Assembly (NCBI GenBank): GCA_016195685.1
Contig: JACPZE010000010.1
Coordinates: forward strand, 16,751-80,750
Reading direction: 5' to 3'
Source: Candidatus Gottesmanbacteria bacterium
GTDB lineage: Bacteria; Patescibacteriota; Microgenomatia; 2-02-FULL-39-11
DNA: 64,000 nucleotides
Shown here one piece after another: positions 8,336 through 18,096 of this stretch (position 1 is its first letter; each line of letters begins with the position of its first letter). Under the pieces are notes generated by a model, which was not told where the DNA came from, did not search any database, and saw only the letters and a list, made by a program, of their open reading frames with translations. Position numbers and translations under genes: made by a program.

Positions 8336-9391
8336 ATGAAAAAAACACTACAAAGAAAAAATATTATCACATTAGAACCATATACTTCTGCTCGGGATTT
8401 ATACAAGAGCGGTATATTTATGGACGCCAATGAAAACTACGAGCAATGGATAAGCATAGATTGGGAAGGAATCGCCAGTCTCAACCGGTATCCGGACTCA
8501 ACGTGTGATCAATTACGGGAAAAATTAGTCAAAAAATATGTACGAGGATTTACAAAAGAAAATATTTTTGTCGGTTGCGGAAGCGATGAGATTATAAATC
8601 TTCTTATAGCTGGTTTTGTAGAGGATGATGAATCAATTATGGTGATGGATCCTTCTTACTCTTTTTATGAGGTTCAGGCGAGTATAAAAAATATTCAAAC
8701 GAAAAGAATACTTTTGCGGGAAGATTTCTCAATTGATATAGGAAAAATTCAAAAAAACATAAGTACCGTTAAAATTATTTTCCTTTGTTCACCAAATAAT
8801 CCAACTGGGAACCTGATTACCAAAAAAGAAATACAGATGATTGCAAAGTTTTTTAAAGGTATCATCGTTGTCGATGAAGCATACATAGAATTTGCGGACT
8901 TAGGAAATTCGATGATCGATTCAGTAAGTGAAAAGTCTAATATTATCATTTTAAGAACATTTTCTAAAGCATGGGGACTGGCTGGAATTCGCGTAGGCTA
9001 TGCAATTGGATCAAAATCTATTATTGATGTACTCTTTAAAATAAAAGAATCTTACAATGTTCCAAGTGTCTCTCAAAATATTGCCATACAGGCATTAGAT
9101 GAAATCGAAAAATTAAAGAAAAAAATTGTGGAGATGAAAAAGTTAAAGGAACAATTATTGAAAGGTTTTTCTAACCTTGGATTGGAAGCGTCTGACACGT
9201 CAGCAAATTTTATTCTCGTTAAAATACCAAACGCAAAAAAGATATATAAAAATCTAGCAGATCAAAAAGTGATAATTCGTGATAGAAGTAACCTGCCGCT
9301 TTTACAAAATACACTTCGAGTAACCATTGGTTCAAAAGAGCAAGACGAAAAATTGATTAGTATCTTGAGGAAAGTACTTTATGAAAATTAA
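8336..9391 (+). CDS. hisC: Histidinol-phosphate aminotransferase
   Basis: DANEN, NRYPD, CSPNNPTG, VDEAY, RTFSKAWGLAGIR. Confidence 0.95.
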   Translation: MKKTLQRKNIITLEPYTSARDLYKSGIFMDANENYEQWISIDWEGIASLNRYPDSTCDQLREKLVKKYVRGFTKENIFVGCGSDEIINLLIAGFVEDDESIMVMDPSYSFYEVQASIKNIQTKRILLREDFSIDIGKIQKNISTVKIIFLCSPNNPTGNLITKKEIQMIAKFFKGIIVVDEAYIEFADLGNSMIDSVSEKSNIIILRTFSKAWGLAGIRVGYAIGSKSIIDVLFKIKESYNVPSVSQNIAIQALDEIEKLKKKIVEMKKLKEQLLKGFSNLGLEASDTSANFILVKIPNAKKIYKNLADQKVIIRDRSNLPLLQNTLRVTIGSKEQDEKLISILRKVLYEN

Positions 9392-10253
9392 ATTATTCGA
9401 CTATCACACGCAAGCGCTTGATCATGGATTCAACAAACCATTAAGAGTAGAAGAAACAGTGAAAGCTGCCATTGATAAGAAACTTTCAGCGATTTGTTTA
9501 ACTGATCATTTTCCGTTACCGAATGAATTCGGAGATCCGACAGATGAGAAAGATTGTACTATGAATCTTTCACGCTATCCGACCTATCTGGGAAAAGTTA
9601 AAAAAACAAAACAAAAATTTATGGACAAAATTGAAATTTTATTTGGAGCGGAATTTGATTGGTTACCAAATTACCAAGTATGGATAGAGCAGCAAATGAG
9701 GGCTTATATGTTCGATTATGTAATTGGATCAGTGCATTTCTTAGGAATTATCAAGGATAAAAATGAAAAAAGAAATTTCATTATCGATTATACAAAAGAA
9801 GAGTTTGAAAAAGGATTGTCTTTCCATAAAGATATACAGTTGCTTATTGAGAAATACTATTTAGAATTACAAAGTATGGCAAGATCGAAACTTTTCGATA
9901 GCGTAGGGCATTTTGATTTAATTAAAAAATATAATGATGGAAATCTATTTTCCCAGGCGGAACAATGGTATAAGGATTTGGTACTGAAAACATTAGATGT
10001 CATAGCTGATGCAAAGAGAGTTTTAGAAATAAATACTTCAGGGTGGGATAAAGTATGTAAAGAACAATATCCAAGTCTTTGGATTTTAAAAGAAGCACAA
10101 AAAAGAAATATAAAAATTACAATTGGATCTGACGCTCATATACCCGAGAATATCGGTAAAAATCTCGATAAAGCTATTCAAATAGCAAAACTAGCTGGAT
10201 ATGACTCATTAGTAAGATTTAAAAAACGTAAAATATTGGAGGTGAAAATATGA
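9381..10253 (+). CDS. Histidinol-phosphatase, PHP family (HisJ/HisK-type)
   Basis: DYH, TDH, DYVIGSVH, GHFDL, EINTSG, GSDAH; operon context. Confidence 0.88.
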   Translation: MKIKLFDYHTQALDHGFNKPLRVEETVKAAIDKKLSAICLTDHFPLPNEFGDPTDEKDCTMNLSRYPTYLGKVKKTKQKFMDKIEILFGAEFDWLPNYQVWIEQQMRAYMFDYVIGSVHFLGIIKDKNEKRNFIIDYTKEEFEKGLSFHKDIQLLIEKYYLELQSMARSKLFDSVGHFDLIKKYNDGNLFSQAEQWYKDLVLKTLDVIADAKRVLEINTSGWDKVCKEQYPSLWILKEAQKRNIKITIGSDAHIPENIGKNLDKAIQIAKLAGYDSLVRFKKRKILEVKI

Positions 10254-10840
10254 AAAAAAGAATTGCGGAAATAAACAGAAACACAAAAGAAACACAGATT
10301 GAGATGAAGCTTAATTTGGATGGGAGCGGAAATTACGAAATCAAAACACCCATTGGGTTTCTTAATCACATGCTTGAGCTTTTTGCCAAACACGGATTAT
10401 TTGATTTGGATATAAAAGCTGCTGGAGATATACAAGTTGATGAGCATCACCTGGTTGAAGACGTCGGTATAGTTTTAGGACAAGCATTTCTTCAAGCTCT
10501 TGGTGATAAGAAAGGGATTAACCGATATGGCTTTTTCATTCTGCCAATGGATGAAGTTTTAGCGACATCGGCAACAGACTTTTGCGGACGTTTTGCTTTC
10601 AGATTTGATTGTGAGTTGAATCGGAAAAAAGTAGGCGATTTGTCAACAGAGTTAGTTTGTGATTTCTGGGACGCTTTTGCCCAAAATGCAAAAATGAACT
10701 TACATATCAAAATTGAAAATGGCAGAAATACTCATCACAAAATTGAGGCGATATTCAAATCAGTGGCAAGAGCACTTCGTATGTCTTGTGCAATCGATGA
10801 ACGAGTAAAAACAATTCCTTCCACGAAAGGAGTTTTATGA
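10250..10840 (+). CDS. hisB: Imidazoleglycerol-phosphate dehydratase
   Basis: R.TKET.I, FL.HML, DEHHLVED, PMDE, G.N.HH.IEA.FK. Confidence 0.96.
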   Translation: MKKRIAEINRNTKETQIEMKLNLDGSGNYEIKTPIGFLNHMLELFAKHGLFDLDIKAAGDIQVDEHHLVEDVGIVLGQAFLQALGDKKGINRYGFFILPMDEVLATSATDFCGRFAFRFDCELNRKKVGDLSTELVCDFWDAFAQNAKMNLHIKIENGRNTHHKIEAIFKSVARALRMSCAIDERVKTIPSTKGVL

Positions 10841-11454
10841 TTGCGATTATCGATTATGGAATTGGCAATCTGGCCAGTATTACCAACGCGCTTAACAAAT
10901 TGAATATAAAATCAATAATTACTGATGATGTAGATGAAATGAAAAAAGCCAGTGGTTTAATATTGCCCGGTGTAGGAGCCGCTGGTGAAGGAATGAAGAA
11001 TATTAAAGAAAGGAAATTAGACAAAGTATTGATAGAGACGGTGAAGAGAGGTAAACCTTTTTTGGGGATTTGTCTGGGAATGCAACTTTTGTTTGAAAAA
11101 AGTGAGGAAGGGCAAGTGGAATGTCTGGGTGTATTGAAAGGTATGGTGAAAAAATTTAGGAAGGAGAGGAAAGTACCGCAGATCGGGTGGAACCAAATAA
11201 AATATCAAAAACAAAAGATGAATACCTTGCAATTATTTTCAGGGATTCCAAATGATAGCTATTTCTATTTCGTGAACAGCTATTATTGTATTCCTGAAGA
11301 TAGCTCCATAATTGCCGCAAAGACAATTTATGGTGAAGATTTTGCAAGTGTTGTAGTACAAAAAAATATAGTAGCAACACAATTTCATCCAGAGAAAAGT
11401 GGAAAGGCAGGATTTAATTTGTTGGGAAATTTCGCAAGGAATTTATTATGTTAG
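10837..11454 (+). CDS. hisH: Imidazole glycerol phosphate synthase, glutaminase subunit
   Basis: IIDYG.GN, LPGVG, GICLGMQ, QFHPEKS. Confidence 0.96.
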   Translation: MIAIIDYGIGNLASITNALNKLNIKSIITDDVDEMKKASGLILPGVGAAGEGMKNIKERKLDKVLIETVKRGKPFLGICLGMQLLFEKSEEGQVECLGVLKGMVKKFRKERKVPQIGWNQIKYQKQKMNTLQLFSGIPNDSYFYFVNSYYCIPEDSSIIAAKTIYGEDFASVVVQKNIVATQFHPEKSGKAGFNLLGNFARNLLC

Positions 11455-12206
11455 CCAAACGTATCATTCCATGTCTTGATATGACGGAAGGCAAAGTAGT
11501 TAAAGGAATTCAATTTGTCACTTTCCGCGATGCCGGAGATCCCGTGGAATTGGCTCAAAGGTATGATTTACAAGGGGCTGACGAGTTGGTTTTTTTGGAT
11601 ATTACTGCAACAGTTGAAAATAGAAACATATTAGTCGATGTAGTTAGAAAAACTGCGGAGAAAGTGACAATTCCTTTTTCAGTTGGTGGTGGTATAAGAA
11701 CTGTTTCGGATATGAAACTTATATTGCGGGCTGGTGCAGATAAAGTTTCTGTAAATACCGGAGCATTTAAAAATCCTCAACTTATTACAGATTGTGCAAA
11801 TGCATTCGGTAGTCAATGCGTAGTACTCTCACTTGACGCAAGAAAAGTAAAAGAAGGAAGATGGAATGTATTTATCAATGGGGGGAGAACTGATACAGGA
11901 ATTTCAGCAATTGAATGGTCTAAAACCGCTGTATCATTGGGTGCTGGGGAAATATTGTTAACAAGTATAGACACCGATGGTACAAAGGATGGATTTAATA
12001 TAGAACTAACAAAAAAAGTTTCTGAAAAACTTTCCGTACCAATTATTGCTTCTGGAGGGGCAGGGAAACTAGATGATTTTGTAAAAGTTTTAAAAGAAGG
12101 GAAAGCTGATGCAGCACTGGCAGCATCAGTATTTCATTTTGGGGAATACACGATTTCTGAAGTGAAAAATTATTTAAAAAAGAAAAATATTCCGATAAGG
12201 AATTAA
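11448..12206 (+). CDS. hisF: Imidazole glycerol phosphate synthase, cyclase subunit
   Basis: [43 protein letters not shown]. Confidence 0.96.
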   Translation: MLAKRIIPCLDMTEGKVVKGIQFVTFRDAGDPVELAQRYDLQGADELVFLDITATVENRNILVDVVRKTAEKVTIPFSVGGGIRTVSDMKLILRAGADKVSVNTGAFKNPQLITDCANAFGSQCVVLSLDARKVKEGRWNVFINGGRTDTGISAIEWSKTAVSLGAGEILLTSIDTDGTKDGFNIELTKKVSEKLSVPIIASGGAGKLDDFVKVLKEGKADAALAASVFHFGEYTISEVKNYLKKKNIPIRN

Positions 12207-12212
12207 ATAATT

Positions 12213-12503
12213 ATGAAAAAATTAAACCCTGCTATTATTCAAGAAAATAAAACCGGAGAAGTTTTAATGCTTGGGTATATGGATAGAAAAGCACTCATTA
12301 TGACCAAAAAAGAAGGAGTGGTCTATTTTTGGAGTCGATCAAGAAATAAACTGTGGAAAAAAGGAGAAACCACCGGTAACTTATTAAAAGTAATAAAAAT
12401 ATATACAGATTGCGATAGTGATGCATTTTTAATAAAAGTTAGATTGATCGGAAACGCAGTTTGTCATACTGGCAATAGAAATTGTTTCTATAAAATTATA
12501 TGA
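12213..12503 (+). CDS. hisI: Phosphoribosyl-AMP cyclohydrolase
   Basis: VLMLGYM, WSRSR..LW.KGET.G, DCDSD, CHTG..NCF. Confidence 0.93.
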   Translation: MKKLNPAIIQENKTGEVLMLGYMDRKALIMTKKEGVVYFWSRSRNKLWKKGETTGNLLKVIKIYTDCDSDAFLIKVRLIGNAVCHTGNRNCFYKII

Positions 12504-12775
12504 AATTAGAAGAATTATATTCGATTATAAAAGATCGGCAAAAGAAAAAACCAAAAGGGTCATATATTGTTTCCCTGTTTAAAGAGGGAAATGATCTTGT
12601 AATTCAAAAAGTCGGAGAAGAAGCAGTAGAGGTGATTATTGCCAGTAAAGGGAAAAATAAAAGTCGGATTGTTGAAGAGATCGCAGATCTATATTTTATG
12701 ACGCTGATCCTTATGGTTTCAAAAGATGTTACCTTGGATATGATTTTAGGTGAATTGGACAAAAGGCGTAAATGA
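12500..12775 (+). CDS. hisE: Phosphoribosyl-ATP pyrophosphatase
   Basis: GSY..LF, QKVGEEAVE, EIADL. Confidence 0.93.
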   Translation: MKLEELYSIIKDRQKKKPKGSYIVSLFKEGNDLVIQKVGEEAVEVIIASKGKNKSRIVEEIADLYFMTLILMVSKDVTLDMILGELDKRRK

Positions 12776-12776
12776 T

Positions 12777-13208
12777 TTACTGGTAAGTTTTTATCCGGTA
12801 AGATTTATTAGAGGTTCTTCCGTTTGTGTATTTTGCCGTCAAAACAAGTCGGGCATTACTTAAGTTGTAATGGTATCTGCATGCACCTCGTGAACAAGTG
12901 CCAAAAAGGAGTTCTCTTGTATCAGTCGGATTATTGTTTGCCGTAACAGTTCCTCCAACTCCTTGGGTAATCCCGTTAGTATTATATGTAAAAGAATACG
13001 ATACGCTTTCCAATCCATTGAAATTACTAAAGGAGAGGTTGATTCCTAAATGGTTTGGTTGATAGTGGACGATTGCAGGAATCCCGGCCGATGATGTATA
13101 TCTTACAGCAGTTTTTTTAGGGCTAAATTTTTTTGCTGCAAATACACTGGGTGTAACAAATTCGAAAAAGTATAACAGCATGATGAAATATCCAATGAAT
13201 TTTTGCAT
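12777..13208 (-). CDS. Secreted hypothetical protein
   Basis: Signal peptide-like N-terminus; FGTCSRGACRY cysteine pair. Confidence 0.7.
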   Translation of the reverse strand: MQKFIGYFIMLLYFFEFVTPSVFAAKKFSPKKTAVRYTSSAGIPAIVHYQPNHLGINLSFSNFNGLESVSYSFTYNTNGITQGVGGTVTANNNPTDTRELLFGTCSRGACRYHYNLSNARLVLTAKYTNGRTSNKSYRIKTYQ

Positions 13209-13273
13209 ATATTCATTTTACCTTTTACGGTCTGAATTATCAAATTAGAAAGGGAAATGATATACTTATTTTG

Positions 13274-13906
13274 ATGAACAAGAAACTAGTTTTCATATTA
13301 TGTGCTGTATCACTTTTTTTAGTGACAGCGATTTTAGTAGGATATTTGAAATTCAAATCAGCAGTATTTACCTCGCCTGTTTCCACAAATCAACCTACGC
13401 CTACTATCGTGGTCGAAGAAATGTCTATCTGGATAGATCCGGCAGAGTTCAGTTTCCAGTATCCCAAAAGCCTGGTACTTAATCCGCATAATGAAGATCA
13501 AGAAAATTATGCACATGTAGAATTGACTTCTCCTACCCACGCAGGTAATATTATTGTTTGGGTCAAAGATACGACTGCTGACACAATTGAGAATTGGGTA
13601 GGAATGGGAAAAATTAAAAATGCTATAGATAGTGATTTATCAGGTGTGCCATCGAAAAAAGTCTTATCAACAGGAGATAACAGCAAACTTACGATTTCTG
13701 CTATACAAAGTGGTTATCTTTACCAAATTGAGGCTAATCTTGACGATCGTGATTTTTGGAATAAAGCGCTTGATTCTGTGGTCTCATCTTTTAAATTTGT
13801 CTCGTCACCATCAGGATCCATGAAACAAAAATCTACAGATACTTCATCTGATACAGGTTCTGTCGACAGCGGAGGCAGTACAGGAGATGAAGAAATCATA
13901 GAATAA
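13274..13906 (+). CDS. Membrane-anchored hypothetical protein (PsbP-like fold possible)
   Basis: N-terminal TM, FSFQYP motif, SSFKF, acidic Ser/Gly tail. Confidence 0.65.
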   Translation: MNKKLVFILCAVSLFLVTAILVGYLKFKSAVFTSPVSTNQPTPTIVVEEMSIWIDPAEFSFQYPKSLVLNPHNEDQENYAHVELTSPTHAGNIIVWVKDTTADTIENWVGMGKIKNAIDSDLSGVPSKKVLSTGDNSKLTISAIQSGYLYQIEANLDDRDFWNKALDSVVSSFKFVSSPSGSMKQKSTDTSSDTGSVDSGGSTGDEEIIE

Positions 13907-13917
13907 GTTCCACTAAT

Positions 13918-15189
13918 ATGCCTCAATATTTTTTTATCCTAGGCAGAAATCCTAGTCTCTCTATAGCCGAAATTTTGTCAGTTTTAAATTCTCTCTCGAT
14001 TTCTTTTGAAATTAAAATAATTTCCCAAGAAGTTTTAATAATTGAAACTGAAAATACTATCGATGCGAATCAGTTGGTAAAAACATTTGGAGGGACAATT
14101 AAAATTGGTCAAGTGATTCAAAGTGTCGGTCTTGATGAAGATGAGTCTAATTTTCAAAAGGTGTTTGAAGCCGATAATCTTACTAAGAACTATTTTTTAA
14201 AACTGGATGGGAAAATACATTTCGGAATCAGTATTTACGACGGAGGTACAGATAGAATTTATTTAAACAAAATTACCAGCAAATTGAAAATACTAAGCAT
14301 CGCTATAAAAGAAAACCTGGCAGATGCAGGATTAAGAGCGGGATTTGTAAGATTAAAAGAAAGGTTTCTGTCCAGCGTTTCCGTATGGAAAAACAAACTT
14401 TTGACTGATGGGGCAGAAATAGTTTTGATTCTGACAAGAGATCAAATTTTTGCCGGGAAAACTTTAGCAGTACAGGAATTTGAAAGTTTCAGTTTTCGCG
14501 ATTACGGTAGACCTGAAAGGGATACACGATCTGGTATCATTCCTCCGAAACTTGCCAGAATGATGATTAATCTAGCATCAATTTCTAAAGAAGAATTATT
14601 AGTTGACCCTTTTTGCGGCAGTGGAACCATACTTCAAGAGGCAATAATATTGGGATATAGAAATATTCTAGGTAGTGATATAAGTCACAATGCAATTTCC
14701 GATACCAGGAAAAATATAGATTGGTTATTTGATCATTTCTACAACATCGATCGATCGATTTACAATATAAATATTTATCAGTCAGATATCAGATCAATAC
14801 CTGAACGGATAAAATCGGAATCTATCGATACGATAGTTACAGAACCATATCTTGGACCGCCTCTTTTTAAAAGTCCAAGTTTAGATACGATAAATAGAAT
14901 TTTTGATGAAGTTGGGAAATTATATCTTGATGCATTCAGTCAAATTCATAAAATATTAAAAAAAACCGGAAAAGTGGTTTTTATTTTTCCGGCTTTTGAA
15001 ATAAAAGGTAAGATGCAATACATACCGATATTAGATAAAATAAAAAGTATGGGATTTTCGCAAAAAAATTATTTTCCGATTGTTTTTAAAGATAATCCAA
15101 TAATCATGCTTACATCCAGAAATACCATTATTTACGGCGGAAAAGAGCAATTTGTAAAAAGAGAAATTATTTCTTGGCAGAAAGGATAA
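13918..15189 (+). CDS. Trm11-like SAM-dependent RNA methyltransferase
   Basis: PPKLARMMINL, DPFCGSGT (motif I), VTEPYLG (motif IV). Confidence 0.8.
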   Translation: MPQYFFILGRNPSLSIAEILSVLNSLSISFEIKIISQEVLIIETENTIDANQLVKTFGGTIKIGQVIQSVGLDEDESNFQKVFEADNLTKNYFLKLDGKIHFGISIYDGGTDRIYLNKITSKLKILSIAIKENLADAGLRAGFVRLKERFLSSVSVWKNKLLTDGAEIVLILTRDQIFAGKTLAVQEFESFSFRDYGRPERDTRSGIIPPKLARMMINLASISKEELLVDPFCGSGTILQEAIILGYRNILGSDISHNAISDTRKNIDWLFDHFYNIDRSIYNINIYQSDIRSIPERIKSESIDTIVTEPYLGPPLFKSPSLDTINRIFDEVGKLYLDAFSQIHKILKKTGKVVFIFPAFEIKGKMQYIPILDKIKSMGFSQKNYFPIVFKDNPIIMLTSRNTIIYGGKEQFVKREIISWQKG

Positions 15190-15193
15190 ATAT

Positions 15194-15316
15194 ATGAACA
15201 ATCTCGGTTCCTCTTTAAAATTGATAGTTATTTTGACAGTTGGAGTAGCCATAGTCCTTTTTTATTTTATTTATCTAATCTTCTTTACACCCAACGGAGT
15301 ATTAAGATTATTCTGA
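15194..15316 (+). CDS. Unannotated 40-aa single-pass membrane protein
   Basis: MNNLGSSLKLIVILTVGVAIVLFYFIYLIFFTPNGVLRLF; AAGGA upstream; fills the gap between two co-oriented genes. Confidence 0.6.
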   Translation: MNNLGSSLKLIVILTVGVAIVLFYFIYLIFFTPNGVLRLF

Positions 15317-15317
15317 A

Positions 15318-15791
15318 ATGATTTCCACGCTTCTTTTTGATTTCGCAAGAGTTTTGATTTATCCGAAAGATAAATCATGTAAAGGTAAATTGAATGATCT
15401 TTACAGAAATCTTATGCGGGGAAAAACGTTTCAATTTTTTGAGCATTTTGAATTCAATGAGGAATTATTGTTGTATCTTCATACAATCAAAAATCAATAT
15501 GGCCTCTATATGTTTACATCCGGCATAATTCAAAACGTTACAGGAGTAAGAGGAAAACTTGATAAAGTGTTTAAGAAAATTTATTCTGCAGAAGAATTAA
15601 ATCTTAATAAAAAAGACCCGCAATCTTACTTATTTATCGCAAAGGACCTAAATAAAAATCCCGGTGAAATATTATTTACTGATGATCAATTGGAATTTAT
15701 AAACGCTGCTGAAAATGCCAAACTTGTAACCATACATTTTCAATCTAATAAACAATTTATAAATGAATTGTCTAAAATTATGGTAATATAG
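15318..15791 (+). CDS. HAD-superfamily hydrolase-like protein
   Basis: LLFDF..VL, MFTS, K.DP..Y, ILFTDD motifs; second Asp of DxD absent. Confidence 0.75.
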   Translation: MISTLLFDFARVLIYPKDKSCKGKLNDLYRNLMRGKTFQFFEHFEFNEELLLYLHTIKNQYGLYMFTSGIIQNVTGVRGKLDKVFKKIYSAEELNLNKKDPQSYLFIAKDLNKNPGEILFTDDQLEFINAAENAKLVTIHFQSNKQFINELSKIMVI

Positions 15792-15799
15792 GATCAACC

Positions 15800-16234
15800 A
15801 TGATCAAAAACGAAATACAACAAGCAATCAATAATGCATTAAAAGCTGGAAAAAAAATGGAGTTGAAAGCGCTAAGGTTTGTTATATCTCAGATAAAGTA
15901 TGGGGAAATTGACAAACAAAAGGAGTTAATTGATGAAGAAGTAGTTTCTTTGATGCAGAAAGAAATAAAAAAGAGAAAAGAGGCAATAGAAATGTTTAAG
16001 AAGGGAAACCGTAACGATTTAGTTACCGATGAAGAAGCACAAATAATGGTAATTCAAAGATTTCTTCCACAACAATTAACTTCTGAAGAATTAGAAAAAA
16101 TAGTAGCTGATACTATCTCCGAAACCGCTGACAAAAATATGGGAAAGATAATCGGATCGGTAATGGCAAAGGTAAAAGGAAAAGCAGATGGATCCGCTGT
16201 TTCATCTTTAGTCAGACAAAAACTTAGATTATAA
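15800..16234 (+). CDS. GatB/YqeY domain protein
   Basis: KE.KKRKEAIEMF..G.R, FLPQQL, MGK.IG.VM..VKGKADG. Confidence 0.9.
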   Translation: MIKNEIQQAINNALKAGKKMELKALRFVISQIKYGEIDKQKELIDEEVVSLMQKEIKKRKEAIEMFKKGNRNDLVTDEEAQIMVIQRFLPQQLTSEELEKIVADTISETADKNMGKIIGSVMAKVKGKADGSAVSSLVRQKLRL

Positions 16235-16237
16235 TTT

Positions 16238-16310
16238 ACGGGGTCCTGCCGCTTGAGTATCCCAAACTACGATACATCTCCGTTTGGGACCCCTCTCTCG
16301 CGTCACCCGT
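16238..16310. other. GC-rich structured intergenic element
   Basis: ACGGG/CCCGT ends, TCCCAAAC/GTTTGGGA inner stem, alternative GGGGTCC/GGACCCC pairing. Confidence 0.5.
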
Positions 16311-16320
16311 TTATAAAATT

Positions 16321-16722
16321 ATGGTATTTACTGTTTCAACAAAAGGTTATACAGATATTATTGATATTACAGATAAAGTTTCTAGGGTAGTAGAGAAAGA
16401 AAAAATAAAAGAGGGTATTGCGAATATTTTTGTGAAAGGTTCAACTACAGCGATTACTACTATTGAAGCTGATACAAATTTATACGATGATTTACGTGAA
16501 TCACTAGATAAAATCTTGCCGATGAATAAGGATTGGAAACATCATTGGACCTGGGGAGACGATAATGGAGGATCTCATCTCCGTGCTTCAATTTTGGGTC
16601 CATCATTAACTGTGCCGATTATAAATGGTCAATTAGTTTTGGGTACATGGCAGAAAATAGTCCTTATAGATTTTGATACTTCCAGCAGAGAAAGAGAAAT
16701 TATAATTACTTGTTTGCAATAA
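16321..16722 (+). CDS. YjbQ/UPF0047 family protein
   Basis: IIDIT, GSTTAIT..E, DNG.SHLRAS..G, LGTWQ. Confidence 0.9.
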   Translation: MVFTVSTKGYTDIIDITDKVSRVVEKEKIKEGIANIFVKGSTTAITTIEADTNLYDDLRESLDKILPMNKDWKHHWTWGDDNGGSHLRASILGPSLTVPIINGQLVLGTWQKIVLIDFDTSSREREIIITCLQ

Positions 16723-16775
16723 CAAGATTCCTTCTTGCCAAGAATATAGTATTGATGTATATTTAATCATCTTAT

Positions 16776-17417
16776 ATGCCAAGAAAAATAAGCAAATCAT
16801 CTGTGAAAACAAAAAACACTCCTGTTGTATCGAGCGAAATTGCCAAAAAAATTTCTTATAAAAATATAATTCTTATAGTTTTATTTCTTCTAGTTGTACT
16901 TCTTTGGAAATTCAAATCCAGTTTTATCGTCGCAATGGTGAATGGTCAACCTATATCTCGTTGGCAGTTAAATGACCGGTTGGTTAAAAAATTTGGAGAT
17001 CAAACGCTTGACTCTATTGTGAATGAAAGGCTTATTTTAGCCGCAGCAAGGCAAAAAGGAATTTTTGTAAAAACAGAAGAAATAGATGCCAGAAGTAAAC
17101 AGATTGAATCAAGGTTAAGCGGAAAAATATCTCTTGATGACGCATTGAAAGCACAAGGACTTACCCAAGATGATTTTAAAAAACAGCTCGAGATACAGTT
17201 ATCTATCGAAAAGATGTTTGAAAAAGAAGCAACTTTATCTTCAAATGAAATAGATGATTATATAAGCAAAAACAGTCAAGCATACAAAGATGCTACAGAT
17301 CCAGCGCAAGTAAAAGAAGAGGCAAAGAGTATTCTCACCCAACAAAAAATTAATGATTTATTTGAAAAGTGGTTTAACGATATACGTAAGAACGCCAAAG
17401 TCACAAAGTTTTTATAA
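16776..17417 (+). CDS. SurA N-terminal domain / PrsA-like foldase
   Basis: TM then VAMVNGQPI, L..AA...GI, W...IRKNAKV. Confidence 0.8.
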   Translation: MPRKISKSSVKTKNTPVVSSEIAKKISYKNIILIVLFLLVVLLWKFKSSFIVAMVNGQPISRWQLNDRLVKKFGDQTLDSIVNERLILAAARQKGIFVKTEEIDARSKQIESRLSGKISLDDALKAQGLTQDDFKKQLEIQLSIEKMFEKEATLSSNEIDDYISKNSQAYKDATDPAQVKEEAKSILTQQKINDLFEKWFNDIRKNAKVTKFL

Positions 17418-17420
17418 ATT

Positions 17421-18089
17421 ATGAGTGATGAGGTAAAACCCCATTATAAAGACTTTTTCCTTTATATATTAATTATAATTATTGCTGTTGTTGCAGTGAT
17501 TTTTCTTTTTTCCAAAAATTACTCAACTACACAAAACAGTACTATCTCCGAATCATCCGGCTCAATAAATATGAAACATTATGATTCTTCTCCCAAAATG
17601 ACGCTTGATCAAAGTAAAAAATATTTTGCATTGATCGATACTAACAAAGGGCAAATGAAAATAAATCTTTTTTCAAAAGAAACGCCAGTAACTGTAAATA
17701 ATTTTGTATTTCTATCAAAAGAAGGATTTTATAACGGAACTAATTTTCACCGTATCGTAAGCGGTTTCATGATTCAGGGTGGAGATCCAAAAGGTGATGG
17801 TACTGGTGGACCCGGATATAATTTTCCTGATGAAAAAATAACTCGTGATTATAAAAGAGGCATAGTTGCTATGGCAAACAGCGGCCCAAATACTAACGGG
17901 AGCCAATTTTTCATTATGCATCAGGATTATAATCTTCCAAAACAATATGTCATCTTCGGGCAAATAACAGATGGATTAAATACTTTAGATAAAATCGCTG
18001 GTACGCCAACCGTTGATAACGGCCAGGGAGAAAAATCCAAGCCGACAGAAAAAGTAACGATAGATAAGCTTACAATTTCAGAGGAATAA
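17421..18089 (+). CDS. Cyclophilin-type peptidyl-prolyl isomerase, membrane anchored
   Basis: FHRIV.GFMIQGGDP.G.G.GGPGY, AMANSGPNTNGSQFFI. Confidence 0.95.
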   Translation: MSDEVKPHYKDFFLYILIIIIAVVAVIFLFSKNYSTTQNSTISESSGSINMKHYDSSPKMTLDQSKKYFALIDTNKGQMKINLFSKETPVTVNNFVFLSKEGFYNGTNFHRIVSGFMIQGGDPKGDGTGGPGYNFPDEKITRDYKRGIVAMANSGPNTNGSQFFIMHQDYNLPKQYVIFGQITDGLNTLDKIAGTPTVDNGQGEKSKPTEKVTIDKLTISEE

Positions 18090-18096
18090 AATTTGA

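Noticed and set aside
6033-12780. his operon as a tRNA-integrated genomic island
   Set aside because: No integrase and no duplicated tRNA 3' end seen at the distal boundary
16238-16310. TPP riboswitch upstream of yjbQ (family linked to thiamine phosphate synthase activity)
   Set aside because: Lacks the CTGAGA, ACCTGA and downstream conserved TPP motifs; only a superficial GGGGT...TGAG resemblance
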